Shown here: positions 18,830 through 28,334 of the stretch, in pieces | How the letters are laid out: each line of letters opens with the position of its first letter | How positions within the stretch are numbered: position 1 is the first letter of the stretch | IMG/VR virus record: IMGVR_UViG_3300021057_000009 | Location: 1-42,306 of that record | Origin: a virus | Reading direction: 5' to 3' (one strand) | DNA length: 42,306 bases | Made by a program: the position numbers and the translations under genes | Notes under the pieces: model-generated | The model's input: the letters and a program-made list of their open reading frames with translations, nothing else | What the model was told of the DNA's origin: nothing | Database searches by the model: none

Positions 18830-21135
18830 TCCTGTTCATTTCCACCTTGGCGCATTAGTAGTGCTAAGAGGGCTCTTGATCCCCGCTGACTCTTACCGAC
18901 CTTGCCAACCTTTTGAGAGGCACGACCCATCGACTGCCCCACCGACTGACCCGCAGTAATCGCTCGACCCAAGTTAGCAGGATTGAGTGACGCGATACCA
19001 CCAGCCATGGCCGCAGCGCCCACTGCTGGATTAAATGCAAAAAGGCCGCCCCCTCCTAAGAGATAGACCAACGCTCTAGCCCGGAAGAAGTTTTGAGGTC
19101 TGGACTGGTAGGCTTTAGCTGTCTCGTGATTCTTTGCTTCTTGGAGGAATTTGTAGAACTTCTGCTTAATGGCTGAGTCGTAGCGGGATAGTATGGTTTC
19201 GTTCAAAGCTTCATCGGGTTTATTGAGCTTGGATAAACTCCGAACGAAATTTGACTTGGCCTTGGTGATATAGTCGGTTTTCTTGAGTTCCGCTATCTCC
19301 TTCGCTGCCCCCCACTCCTTGATACGGGATAGAAGTTTCTTATTACCCTTCGGAACAAAGTTATCCAGATCAGCTACAACGGATTGGTATGACCCGGCAC
19401 GTTCACCCGCGTAGATTTGCTTCATAATGGACTCAGCGGTAAGCGCGGCTTGAGCGTTTCCTGCTTCCATTGGTTTTAGGATAGACTTTAGCTGCTCGAA
19501 GTTGCCGAATCTCTCCTTCATTTTGGCTAATTCAGGAGAAATAGTGTCCAGTTGGCTACGGATGCTGCTCAAAAAGACGCTTAGAGGTCGGGCCTGTTCG
19601 TCGTCTAGGACTTTATAAGCCCTACTGAGGAGGGGTTTCAGGTCTCTTAAGATTCCAAACACCTCACTCGCAGACATTCTCTCCATGTATTTGCCTACAG
19701 CATCGAAGTTGACACCTTCGATACCTTTGGCGAATTCAGGGTTCTCCTTGAGAAGCTTGGCTAATCCAGGGTTAGTCTTGGCGTTGAATCCAGAGGATTG
19801 TTTGAAACGCTCAAGGACTTCTCGGTATAACTTAATCGCTTCCTTCCCTGTGTAGGTTTCACTAAACTCCCCACTAGATAGGATTCCCAATCCTCCAGGA
19901 TTATTGGCTTCGAGATTGGAGATCATTTCATTGATCCCCTTCTTGAGGTCAATTGTGGATTTAGCCTTGGGGCCTGTTAGGGAAGCGCGTAGGATTGTTC
20001 CATATCGTTCATCTAACGCGCTCTCGGCTTTTGTGATAGTGTCCATCAACTCTTGAGCCAAGTAGCGGCCAGAGTCAGATGCTTGAAGGGTTTTGCTTAG
20101 TAACTGAGTTCCATGGTTCACCATTTGGTCCAGAGATTCATCACTTAGACCGAAGGTGGTTTTATAGAACTCCTTCACGGAGGCGCGATTGACTGGATCG
20201 GCTTTGAAGTAGAGATTCTGGAACTGACGAATTAGGTTGTCTTCCGATTCATCGACTCCGGTGTGTCCGAAAAAGGTACGACGGAATAGGTTGCCTGGGA
20301 GATTCGGATCGGCAACTTTGTCATTAAGAATGTCACCCGCTGCTTTACCAGCTTTGAGTTGATTCATTAGGTTCAGGGTTTCACCCTTGGGGATTTGACC
20401 GATAGACTCCATGAGGGATGGAGTGCTGTCCCCTAGTTTCTTGGCGATGAAGTTCATCGGGCCTGAGATACCTTTTAAGGCTTTGCTTCCAACGGCTCCT
20501 ATACCAGCACCTACAAACGGACCAGCCGCACCGAGGGCAGTTTCTCCAGCTAAGTGACCTAAACTGGGTTGCTCTCCACTTACTTGATGAGCTAAAGTTT
20601 GTCTCACCCCCTCACCGGCAGCAGCACCAGCGGCACCAGAGGCGGCAAGTAGGGGTAAAGAGGCCCCTCCCGTGGGCGCGGCAGCGGCTACTGTGGCTAT
20701 ATCAGCACCAATCTGGCCAGCGATTGGGAGTCCAGGCCCGAACATATCACCGATGTCACCGGGAAGGTCACGGAGGAAGGAGACTATACCCTGTGGGGAT
20801 GGGTCATACGTTTTCCCGTTTACTAGGATTTTCTGCTCAGGAGTCAGTTGAACGTCTTGGAATCCTAGTCTCCTAATGGCTTCCATTTTGGCATCGGGGG
20901 TTCTGGGGAGAGATACCAAACCTCTTTCAATTGGATTTAATGCGCTTGGTTCATCCGGTTCTGACATTGGACGATCTGGCAAATCAAATTGACCATCAGC
21001 AACTGTGGATGACATATCACCCGATAGTCCACTAAAGACTTGCTCTAACTCTTGTTCACTGGGAGGAGTATTATCCTCTGAGCGTAGAGTTACTGTTTTA
21101 CCAGATTGTGGGTCTGTGACCTTGAAAGTAGCCAT
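18823..21135 (-). CDS. Large internal virion / ejection-type protein, 770 aa
   Basis: Position after the fibres and before the lysis-like genes. Has Gly/Ala-rich hydrophobic stretches (GADIATVAAAAPTGGASLPLLAASGAAGAAAG; LLGGGGLFAFNPAVGAAAMAGG). No enzymatic motif recognised. Confidence 0.55.
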   Translation of the reverse strand: MATFKVTDPQSGKTVTLRSEDNTPPSEQELEQVFSGLSGDMSSTVADGQFDLPDRPMSEPDEPSALNPIERGLVSLPRTPDAKMEAIRRLGFQDVQLTPEQKILVNGKTYDPSPQGIVSFLRDLPGDIGDMFGPGLPIAGQIGADIATVAAAAPTGGASLPLLAASGAAGAAAGEGVRQTLAHQVSGEQPSLGHLAGETALGAAGPFVGAGIGAVGSKALKGISGPMNFIAKKLGDSTPSLMESIGQIPKGETLNLMNQLKAGKAAGDILNDKVADPNLPGNLFRRTFFGHTGVDESEDNLIRQFQNLYFKADPVNRASVKEFYKTTFGLSDESLDQMVNHGTQLLSKTLQASDSGRYLAQELMDTITKAESALDERYGTILRASLTGPKAKSTIDLKKGINEMISNLEANNPGGLGILSSGEFSETYTGKEAIKLYREVLERFKQSSGFNAKTNPGLAKLLKENPEFAKGIEGVNFDAVGKYMERMSASEVFGILRDLKPLLSRAYKVLDDEQARPLSVFLSSIRSQLDTISPELAKMKERFGNFEQLKSILKPMEAGNAQAALTAESIMKQIYAGERAGSYQSVVADLDNFVPKGNKKLLSRIKEWGAAKEIAELKKTDYITKAKSNFVRSLSKLNKPDEALNETILSRYDSAIKQKFYKFLQEAKNHETAKAYQSRPQNFFRARALVYLLGGGGLFAFNPAVGAAAMAGGIASLNPANLGRAITAGQSVGQSMGRASQKVGKVGKSQRGSRALLALLMRQGGNEQDQ

Positions 21136-22322
21136 TAAGAAACCTCGACTTCAAAGCGACCTATTTTCTGAACTTGCTTATTATGCCTGGAGGCGTCTCC
21201 CTTACCCCTGGCTTGCCGAATCTGCTTAATCAGCGAATCTACGTCCGGTAACTTTTGACCCCCTTGAGGTATTTGGGCATTAGCCTGATTGATTACAGAC
21301 CTCAAACGGCCTCGGAAAGTTGCATCCTTTGACGTAGCTGACGATTCGATCATTCTTTTGACGTTTTTATAATCAGTATCAGTAGCCGCTCTGCCTCGTT
21401 GTTGTGCAATGTGATCTGCTGTTGCGTAGATGAGACCTGTCATCATTGATTCAAATTCGGCTATGTCCTCATCACCACTGCCGATGAAGGATTTGAACTT
21501 TGCGAAGTTTCCACTGATCGGACCAGTTTTGCCTTTGGATTTTAAGTTCTCGTAAGCATCAATCGCACCGATTAACTTTTGACCGAATGTGTCAGCGGAT
21601 CTGTGTTCCTTTTGGATTTCGGTGAGTTTTCCTGTGTTAGCTAGTTCGGATTTGAGAAGTTCGATGTTTGCACTTAGAAAATCCCTCTGCGACGGAGGAA
21701 CTTGAGTCGCTTCGTTATATTTCTGAGCCAGTTGGCCTTGAGGTGTTTGCCCCATTATCTGCATCTGCTCAAGCGCATCACGGGTGGACTTACCAAACAC
21801 TCCACCAAAGAATCCTGATTCTCTGATATTTCCGTCAGGTAATACCTGTGCTGAACCAAACGGACCCGATGCTGGTTGGAACTGAGGCATGGGAGGTTGT
21901 GGAGACTGTGGGGCCATGATAGATTGGTCTGGCATTTGACCTGCCAATCTCAATGCTACTGGGTTCTGTTGCTGAGATGGCTGCTGAGTTTGCTGCGGCT
22001 GTTGAGGCTGACCCGCTGCCATTGGGCCTTGGGCTGCATGGGCTTCGCTCATACTTAGAAGCTGTCCTAACGCTTCGGCCCCTCCAGGCTGCTGAACCAT
22101 TTCCATGGCTGAATTTTCGTAGTATTTTTTCAGCACTTTATTAGCAGATTCTAAAGCAACTTGAGGTAAGCCAAGGACAGGGTTCAGGCTCGACAAAGGA
22201 GCCATCATTTGAGCCATTTGTCCAGTTGCGACCATAGCGCCATGGCCTAGACGCTTTTTATTCAACTGTTCAGCGAAGGATTGACCTACCTTGGTACCCG
22301 ATTCAACGTAGTTAGTAGGCAT
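21135..22322 (-). CDS. Internal virion-type protein with Gln/Pro-rich linker, 395 aa
   Basis: ORF track entry with 1-nt overlap coupling and low-complexity QPQQPQQTQQPSQQQ. Confidence 0.5.
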   Translation of the reverse strand: MPTNYVESGTKVGQSFAEQLNKKRLGHGAMVATGQMAQMMAPLSSLNPVLGLPQVALESANKVLKKYYENSAMEMVQQPGGAEALGQLLSMSEAHAAQGPMAAGQPQQPQQTQQPSQQQNPVALRLAGQMPDQSIMAPQSPQPPMPQFQPASGPFGSAQVLPDGNIRESGFFGGVFGKSTRDALEQMQIMGQTPQGQLAQKYNEATQVPPSQRDFLSANIELLKSELANTGKLTEIQKEHRSADTFGQKLIGAIDAYENLKSKGKTGPISGNFAKFKSFIGSGDEDIAEFESMMTGLIYATADHIAQQRGRAATDTDYKNVKRMIESSATSKDATFRGRLRSVINQANAQIPQGGQKLPDVDSLIKQIRQARGKGDASRHNKQVQKIGRFEVEVS

Positions 22323-22324
22323 GA

Positions 22325-22942
22325 TTAACCTCCAAACCCGATGCCACCGGGTCTGTTACCGCCGAAGCCGAAGGATGCACCGCCAAACGTGCTTCCAAGT
22401 GAGGATTGAAAACTTCTCATAAAAGGATTCGCTCCCATGTTGGTTTGAGTTCCACTAGAGGTAGTGGATCTCAATCCAGCCAGTCTCTGAGACAGAATTT
22501 GTGATTGAGCGATTAATGGTTGCTGAATTTGTGCCTGTCCACCTACTGCTAAGTTGAGTAGGTTGAACAAATTGTTCATATTAGTCTCAGCCACTGAACG
22601 CCTGATATCCCCCGCCACACGACCTGAGATAGCTGCGTTCACGCCACTGTCCAATAGTCCAGACTGTTGGAATGTGGGTTGTAGATCAGATATGGCTTTC
22701 TGAGTTAAGTCTTGAGTAACTGTTTCATTTATTCCTTGAGGTAAGGTTGATAAATAGCCAGGTAGTGACTGACCACCGAGTAAACGGTTGATTAGATCAA
22801 GTCCAGATTGCTGAACCTGAATCTGTCCTGGATTTGTCGCTTCCTGACGGGCGATTTCTAATTCATTAAGTCTGCGTTCTTCCGGTGTGGCTTGTGGAGT
22901 CGTTGTACCACTGGTTTGAACTGTCGTACGTTCCTTACCCAT
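22325..22942 (-). CDS. Virion-associated protein with Gly-rich C-terminus, 205 aa
   Basis: ORF track entry. The C-terminus reads GGASFGFGGNRPGGIGFGG. Confidence 0.5.
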   Translation of the reverse strand: MGKERTTVQTSGTTTPQATPEERRLNELEIARQEATNPGQIQVQQSGLDLINRLLGGQSLPGYLSTLPQGINETVTQDLTQKAISDLQPTFQQSGLLDSGVNAAISGRVAGDIRRSVAETNMNNLFNLLNLAVGGQAQIQQPLIAQSQILSQRLAGLRSTTSSGTQTNMGANPFMRSFQSSLGSTFGGASFGFGGNRPGGIGFGG

Positions 22943-23391
22943 TACCTTTCCTCCGAGATGTATTTCTTATAGAATTCTTGCCTTGTGAAGACTTTGACGG
23001 GAGCGCACTTTTTTCTTCTGGCTTCTCCAACGAAGTGTGTACACATGAAGTTTTGTCTGAAGAATAAGTGCTTGAGTACGAGTATGGCTTGTGCCTTTCT
23101 AAACGGTTTTCTGATAAAAATGTTCGCAAGATAACAGACATTGCCTGTTTCCACATCTTCACCAACTGCGGAGAAGGGTTCACCGCAGATAATTCTTCCG
23201 AAGTTGTGGAAAGAAATTCTCCAAGATTCAACGTATCCTTGTAGGTAGTTATCGGTGTCGCATGAGTATAGGATTCGCCCTTTTTTAAGCAGCGACTCGA
23301 AGTAGATTGCTGAATCTGCTTCCGATAATTTCTTTTCATGCCAGTTTTCTTCGGTTTGATAGATTTGGACAAGTTGATCAACCAAGCTCAC
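22942..23391 (-). CDS. Hypothetical protein, 149 aa
   Basis: Preferred over the overlapping same-strand frame 22935-23381, whose product is a basic low-complexity string. Confidence 0.5.
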   Translation of the reverse strand: MSLVDQLVQIYQTEENWHEKKLSEADSAIYFESLLKKGRILYSCDTDNYLQGYVESWRISFHNFGRIICGEPFSAVGEDVETGNVCYLANIFIRKPFRKAQAILVLKHLFFRQNFMCTHFVGEARRKKCAPVKVFTRQEFYKKYISEER

Positions 23392-24506
23392 GTTGCATTG
23401 GGGGTTTCGATGAGTTGCGTAGTGGAAATCAACTTACCGTTGAATCTTTGAGCCGTGGCTGTAGCAGAGCCGTTGAGATACATGGCGTTACCGGCATTGT
23501 CACCAACTCGGAAAGTAAATTCGGTGTAATCGGTGCTGGATGGTGTGTAGACGTATTCGATGCTGGCTGTAGTTGATAAGTCTGAGTTACCTCCGTTAGC
23601 CACTACGACATCAACGGCATTAGCCGCCCCATCCTGAAATACAGCAATAATGGCGTAAGAGTTACCTCCAGCGGATATTTGTATACTTCCACGAAGAGCC
23701 ACAGTTCCTGTAGTAGTAGTGGGCCTAAATCCGATGGTCATTGAGGAGATTGCATTCCCCTCTCCTATTTGTGGGATGGTATTGTCGAGAGGAATGGTAG
23801 TTGATCCCAGACTTGAGTAAGCTCCTGTACTCCTCACTACTTGGTTAGGAATGCCCATCTCAGCCAGGTTTCCGACTCCATATGTGTCTAACTCACCACT
23901 GCCGGTAGAGTTCATACGAAACCAGCCAATTACGCGGTAGACGGTGCCAGACCAAGTGACATATCTCTTCGTGCCGTTGGTGTTGTCTACGTCATAGTTC
24001 GAGTGAGTAGGCGCTGTCGTGTGCATTCGGATTTCTCCAGATGCGTTAACGCCTACATATCCAGTAGTACTGACTGCCCTTAGTGACGAGCCGCCAGCCC
24101 AGTCTGCGGCTGTGGTTAGAGTCAGGGTAGTGGAGGAAGTTTTGGTGATAGCTGTGTCATCGACCTCCAATATCCCAGGAGAAACAGTCATTGTGGTTGT
24201 AGAAGCTTGCTCCACGAACATTTCAGAACGGTAATTTCTGGAGACGATTGTTGGTAAATTGGCAGTTGGTATAGTTCCAGCGCCACTTGGGATACTGCTA
24301 AGACTCGTAAGAGCTGCTCCAGAAACCTTACCGGCAGTAGTAATCTGAGCTAACTTCGAGTCCACTATTGCGGCAGTGTTTGAGATATTGGCGTTGGAGA
24401 TAGAGCCGTTGAACTCGTTGTAGATAGTATCGAAGTTCGAGTTATGCTCTGAGGCTACAATCGTATTACCGGCAGAGAATGTGTTGGGTTTGCTAATTAG
24501 TGCCAT
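23388..24506 (-). CDS. Tail fibre / receptor-binding protein (paralog B)
   Basis: 372 aa. Its N-terminal ~55 aa (ALISKPNTFSAGNTIVASEHNSNFDTIYNEFNGSISNANISNTAAIVDSKLA) are shared with 25025-26017. The rest is Thr/Ser/Gly-rich. Confidence 0.7.
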   Translation of the reverse strand: MALISKPNTFSAGNTIVASEHNSNFDTIYNEFNGSISNANISNTAAIVDSKLAQITTAGKVSGAALTSLSSIPSGAGTIPTANLPTIVSRNYRSEMFVEQASTTTMTVSPGILEVDDTAITKTSSTTLTLTTAADWAGGSSLRAVSTTGYVGVNASGEIRMHTTAPTHSNYDVDNTNGTKRYVTWSGTVYRVIGWFRMNSTGSGELDTYGVGNLAEMGIPNQVVRSTGAYSSLGSTTIPLDNTIPQIGEGNAISSMTIGFRPTTTTGTVALRGSIQISAGGNSYAIIAVFQDGAANAVDVVVANGGNSDLSTTASIEYVYTPSSTDYTEFTFRVGDNAGNAMYLNGSATATAQRFNGKLISTTQLIETPNAT

Positions 24507-24515
24507 GTGTCTCCG

Positions 24516-25025
24516 TCAAAACAACTGAAAGAAGTTTCCAGTTCCAGCTACTGCGTCTTGTTGATAAAACTCAAGCTCAGCACAATACTGTTCGTTCACC
24601 GCGCCGTTTGATGTGAATCTCAAACGGTGGTAGCGATAAGCCGTCGACGTGTCGATCCCGCTTGTGATGTCGCGTGTTTGCGGCGGACCTGTCCCGGAAG
24701 TCGTTGTAAAGTTATCTGTATAAAGATTGGTCCAGTTTGAATTGTCGTTAGACCCCTGAAGCGTTATCGTATAAGACAAATTTTCTAACGCATTAAAGCT
24801 GCCGGTATTATCCAGGTTCATGCCGGTAACGGTGTAACGATCAATCGTATGTGTTACGCCGACGCCCCAATCTTTGCCGCAAGTCGTGTTGTTTGTATTG
24901 GCGGCACCACGAGCGGATTGTGTATGATCCTGGTTAGCATTACCGTCGAACGCAGCAGCCAGACCTCCCTGAAAGGTCATATCCCCTATTGTAGTGCCAT
25001 CGGTTCTCGGTATCAGAGTTGACAT
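24516..25025 (-). CDS. Discoidin (F5/8 type C)-like carbohydrate-binding protein
   Basis: 169 aa. The pattern FDGN..., ...GSNDNSNWTNLY..., YRYHRLRF...AELEFYQ resembles galactose-binding-domain-like modules. It lies between the two fibres. Confidence 0.5.
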   Translation of the reverse strand: MSTLIPRTDGTTIGDMTFQGGLAAAFDGNANQDHTQSARGAANTNNTTCGKDWGVGVTHTIDRYTVTGMNLDNTGSFNALENLSYTITLQGSNDNSNWTNLYTDNFTTTSGTGPPQTRDITSGIDTSTAYRYHRLRFTSNGAVNEQYCAELEFYQQDAVAGTGNFFQLF

Positions 25026-26017
25026 TAGGCTTCAGTTACAGTGGCAACTGCATCCCATTTGGTGTCAGTAGCGTTGTAGATACATCCGACATAAGTGGTT
25101 TTATTGACCGTAGTTGTCGTTGGTAATGTGATGCCCACTGCCCTAAACACTGCATTCCAAGTAAGCGCTCTGGCTGTTCCGTTATCCTTTAATCGGATTA
25201 TCAACCTCTGACCCGCCGTGGGGGTTCCCGTGGTTGAAATAGTAGTGGCATTAGCCATAGCGGTGAGTTGATATTGATCCGTAACATCAACGTCAATTTC
25301 TGCCGTAGAGTCATCAGTAGTGGTGACAACTCTCGAAGTGATTCTCTTATTAGTCAGCGTGTTAGTGCTTGATATTGAAGGTATGACTACTCCTTCAACC
25401 GCTAACACACCGGCAGAGGAGCGACTGAGGGTTGTATCACTGGCGTGACCTAATTCGACTGACCCAACACCCAAAGCAGTGGTAGTAGAGGCAGTGATAC
25501 CGGCTACTGGAAGCCCTGTACAATTGGTCAGTGTTCCAGATGAGGGGGTTCCTAACGCACCACCGGAGGCTAAGAGAGTTCCAGTGGTTGGTAGGGTAAC
25601 GTTAGTAGCACCAGTAGTGGTAAGGGTAAGAGAGTTGGCTCCTGAAGTAATAAAATCAGCAGCCGTGTTTAAAGCTCCTCCTAGAGTAACTGTGCGATCC
25701 GAATCGCCAGTGGTAATCGTCAGAGTCTTATCAGCCGTCAGGTTTGATCCTGGAACAATGCTCAAACCGTGAGTTGCATTAGTATCCTTAATCTTGAGCC
25801 CGGTATTGTCTAAGTAGACTGATGTAATATCCGTATTAGCGCCACTTGCCGCCACACCGGAGAGTTTGGAAATTGAAATAGCAGCCGTAGAGGAGATATT
25901 GGCATTTGTGATATTGCCGTTGTAGTCACTGTAGATAGTATCGAAGTTGTCATTTTGCTCCGCAGCATAGATGATGGCACCGGAGGCAAATGTGTAAGGT
26001 TTGGTAATAGTTGCCAT
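25025..26017 (-). CDS. Tail fibre / receptor-binding protein (paralog A)
   Basis: 330 aa. Its N-terminus ATITKPYTFASGAIIYAAEQNDNFDTIYSDYNGNITNANISSTAAISISKLS is paralogous to 23388-24506. The body is Thr-rich and beta-like. Confidence 0.7.
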   Translation of the reverse strand: MATITKPYTFASGAIIYAAEQNDNFDTIYSDYNGNITNANISSTAAISISKLSGVAASGANTDITSVYLDNTGLKIKDTNATHGLSIVPGSNLTADKTLTITTGDSDRTVTLGGALNTAADFITSGANSLTLTTTGATNVTLPTTGTLLASGGALGTPSSGTLTNCTGLPVAGITASTTTALGVGSVELGHASDTTLSRSSAGVLAVEGVVIPSISSTNTLTNKRITSRVVTTTDDSTAEIDVDVTDQYQLTAMANATTISTTGTPTAGQRLIIRLKDNGTARALTWNAVFRAVGITLPTTTTVNKTTYVGCIYNATDTKWDAVATVTEA

Positions 26018-26443
26018 TTAAATCTTCCCCTTATTGCGACTCTTCGTACTGGCAAAATCCGGGGCCTTCTCTTTCACTGATTTCTCAATGGTTTCCCTGG
26101 TCCAATGTTTATCTTCACGACCAACGATTAATCTCTGTGCGTACCTATCCAAATGTTTGCGTTTCTTTTCATCGTCCCATTTGAGATAGTGTTCGATTTC
26201 AAACTTCCACCCTTTGTAGACTGACTCCATAATGGAGGGAGTGTCTTCCGGTTGAAGATTAGTCTTACACTCTCTGCATAGAGTCACTCGCATGAGAGAA
26301 TTGTCATCTAGCCTGAACTCAGCCCAATCCGCATCTCCCAAAAGGCGCACGATTTTCTGATCCCCGTTGAATTCCGCAATAGCCTTGTGGCATTTTGCAC
26401 AGTAACCCGGTTTGTCGTATTCGGGATTTGGTATGAGGCTCAT
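26018..26443 (-). CDS. Zinc-ribbon-like protein, 141 aa (internal ATG of the 164-aa track ORF)
   Basis: CAKCHK...CRECK. ATG 26443 overlaps the upstream TGA (ATGA). Confidence 0.55.
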   Translation of the reverse strand: MSLIPNPEYDKPGYCAKCHKAIAEFNGDQKIVRLLGDADWAEFRLDDNSLMRVTLCRECKTNLQPEDTPSIMESVYKGWKFEIEHYLKWDDEKKRKHLDRYAQRLIVGREDKHWTRETIEKSVKEKAPDFASTKSRNKGKI

Positions 26444-26814
26444 TTGACTAGGAACACTAAGAAGGTCACGGATGTGCCTGTTGATTTGAAATAAACAGTA
26501 GTAGTAGTCCAAGCTGTGCCGGTGGACGGACCTTGATACAATTCCCCCGCTTTGTCTTTCCAGAACACTATGGCTCCGATAGGGACCGCGTTAAGGGTAT
26601 GAGTAACCGAGAACTCCGTATTGGCCGATGCATGGCTTGTGAACTGTTGAAACTCCCCTGCAATGTTCTCCCCTCTTGCACCATCTGTACCCGAACCAAA
26701 ACGGACTCTCCCGGAGGCTAATTGAAATAACTTATCCATGTTGTTTTGGAGAATAGGAATCTGTCGCTTGAAGTCCGAATCGGCATTGAGTTTCAAAGTA
26801 TTCCCAATCTTCAT
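26440..26814 (-). CDS. Virion structural protein, 124 aa
   Basis: ORF track entry, coupled within the tail gene block. Confidence 0.5.
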   Translation of the reverse strand: MKIGNTLKLNADSDFKRQIPILQNNMDKLFQLASGRVRFGSGTDGARGENIAGEFQQFTSHASANTEFSVTHTLNAVPIGAIVFWKDKAGELYQGPSTGTAWTTTTVYFKSTGTSVTFLVFLVK

Positions 26815-28334
26815 ATGTTGGTCTCCAAGTGAGGCAACATACCTATACCGTCTATCCGAAAAGTTTCGCTGATCGTAGAATTCTTAAAGCCAAAACGAAC
26901 AACGCGACCCCGGCCAAGAAGATCACGACGCTTAACAGAACCACCAGAGCCACCATAAACATTAGTGTCGTATACACCTGTTCCATACAGAGAACCCCCC
27001 GTGGCTGTACTAAATGACTGGCTGTAGGTATCAGAGTCCTCAAAATCATAGGAATACACGAAGGTTATAGTTGCGTTGTTGTTAAGGTAGTAGATGTAAA
27101 CTTGAGGAGTTCCTTTTTGGTTGACGATATCTCCGTAGTCAAACCATTTGGTGTAGTAGTAAGCGTCTATGGCCGTAGATGTGCCAGCAGGGTTATCATT
27201 GGCTCCTGTGTCAGCCCGGTAGACATAACCTGAATAATCGCCAAAGTAGATTCGCTCCTCTCCAGAAGTGAATACAATGGCATAGCAATTGGCGTTATGA
27301 CCTTTATAGACAGAGAACGCATTGTTGAATGAATCCCACACAAGACAGCGATTGTGAGTGGAATCACCTGAATTGGTGCAAGACATCCAGTAGCGATTCT
27401 TTGACTTCTGATATGCGGTCACTGCGTTGGGGAATCTAGTCTTAGCGAATGTTTCCAGTGTTTGAGTCACCCTGTCGCTGACTTTGAAGCTATTATTCCC
27501 ATCGAAGTAATACAGTCCGTCTTGGGAGAAAAAAACTAAACCATTGTCAATGTCTTGAGGCGTGTATCCTGCGGCACATCCTACGTGACTGGGGGTTTTC
27601 TCAAACACGAAGGGTATGTCGGTATCCCCTGTGAAGGTACCACCATGGATGGACCGTTCTTTGGGAATGATGAGCTTATTCCCCAACACTTTGAGCCCGG
27701 TAATCTCCTGACCGTCATTGCGGTCAATGTCTACGAAGTTAGTGGCAGTCCAAGTAAGGGCTTTGAGATCAGACCAGTAGACACGGGATGGATGAGCCGT
27801 TCCAGATACAGTCACGTTAGCCAAGAATACGTAGTTATTGAACACAGTGATGTACTTGGCTTTAGTCAGTCCTGTAGGAACAGTCATGGCTGAACCATTA
27901 CCCGAACCAGTCCACTGGACCGGTACATCTACGCTATTAGTCCCTAACGCTGTGTCGAGGAAAGTAGTCCATTGGAAGTGGTTATTATTCCCCGCCGTGA
28001 TAGTGAGTGAGCCGGTAATGTCATCCCAAGTGCCATCCAGTGAATCCATCTTGGCTAATTTGTTTCCACATGTTCCGATTAGGTAATCAGTGCCAGAGGA
28101 GAGTTCAAACCAGTGAAGACTGGTCCATGTGGCTCCTGAGTTAAATGCCGAGGAGTTAAGAGTGGTATATCCGTTTCTTTTCAAAACGGAACCAGAACGA
28201 TCAAAGTCAACATTCTGGAGCTTGCTTGACTCGTTATCCTGTAAGGTTAAAGGTCCAAAAGTTGAATTCAGTCCACCTGAATTTGACTTGTAACCTATCG
28301 GAATACTCTTGGAGGTAAGCTTCTCTCCAGCCAT
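26811..28334 (-). CDS. Tail structural protein, 507 aa (nozzle/tubular-type candidate)
   Basis: Large beta-rich protein in the tail block of a phage without tape-measure or sheath genes. The assignment is by position only. Confidence 0.5.
   Translation of the reverse strand: MAGEKLTSKSIPIGYKSNSGGLNSTFGPLTLQDNESSKLQNVDFDRSGSVLKRNGYTTLNSSAFNSGATWTSLHWFELSSGTDYLIGTCGNKLAKMDSLDGTWDDITGSLTITAGNNNHFQWTTFLDTALGTNSVDVPVQWTGSGNGSAMTVPTGLTKAKYITVFNNYVFLANVTVSGTAHPSRVYWSDLKALTWTATNFVDIDRNDGQEITGLKVLGNKLIIPKERSIHGGTFTGDTDIPFVFEKTPSHVGCAAGYTPQDIDNGLVFFSQDGLYYFDGNNSFKVSDRVTQTLETFAKTRFPNAVTAYQKSKNRYWMSCTNSGDSTHNRCLVWDSFNNAFSVYKGHNANCYAIVFTSGEERIYFGDYSGYVYRADTGANDNPAGTSTAIDAYYYTKWFDYGDIVNQKGTPQVYIYYLNNNATITFVYSYDFEDSDTYSQSFSTATGGSLYGTGVYDTNVYGGSGGSVKRRDLLGRGRVVRFGFKNSTISETFRIDGIGMLPHLETNI

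Noticed and set aside
22935-23381. 148-aa ORF overlapping 22942-23391 in another frame on the same strand (possible overlapping gene or frameshift)
   Set aside because: The product is a Lys/Ser/Thr/Arg-rich string with no hydrophobic core. There is no slippery heptamer at the frame junctions. The 149-aa frame has balanced composition and correct coupling to both neighbours.
23388-26017. Diversity-generating retroelement targeting the fibre genes
   Set aside because: No reverse transcriptase ORF exists in the genome. I saw no template/variable repeat pair beyond the conserved 5' adaptor module.
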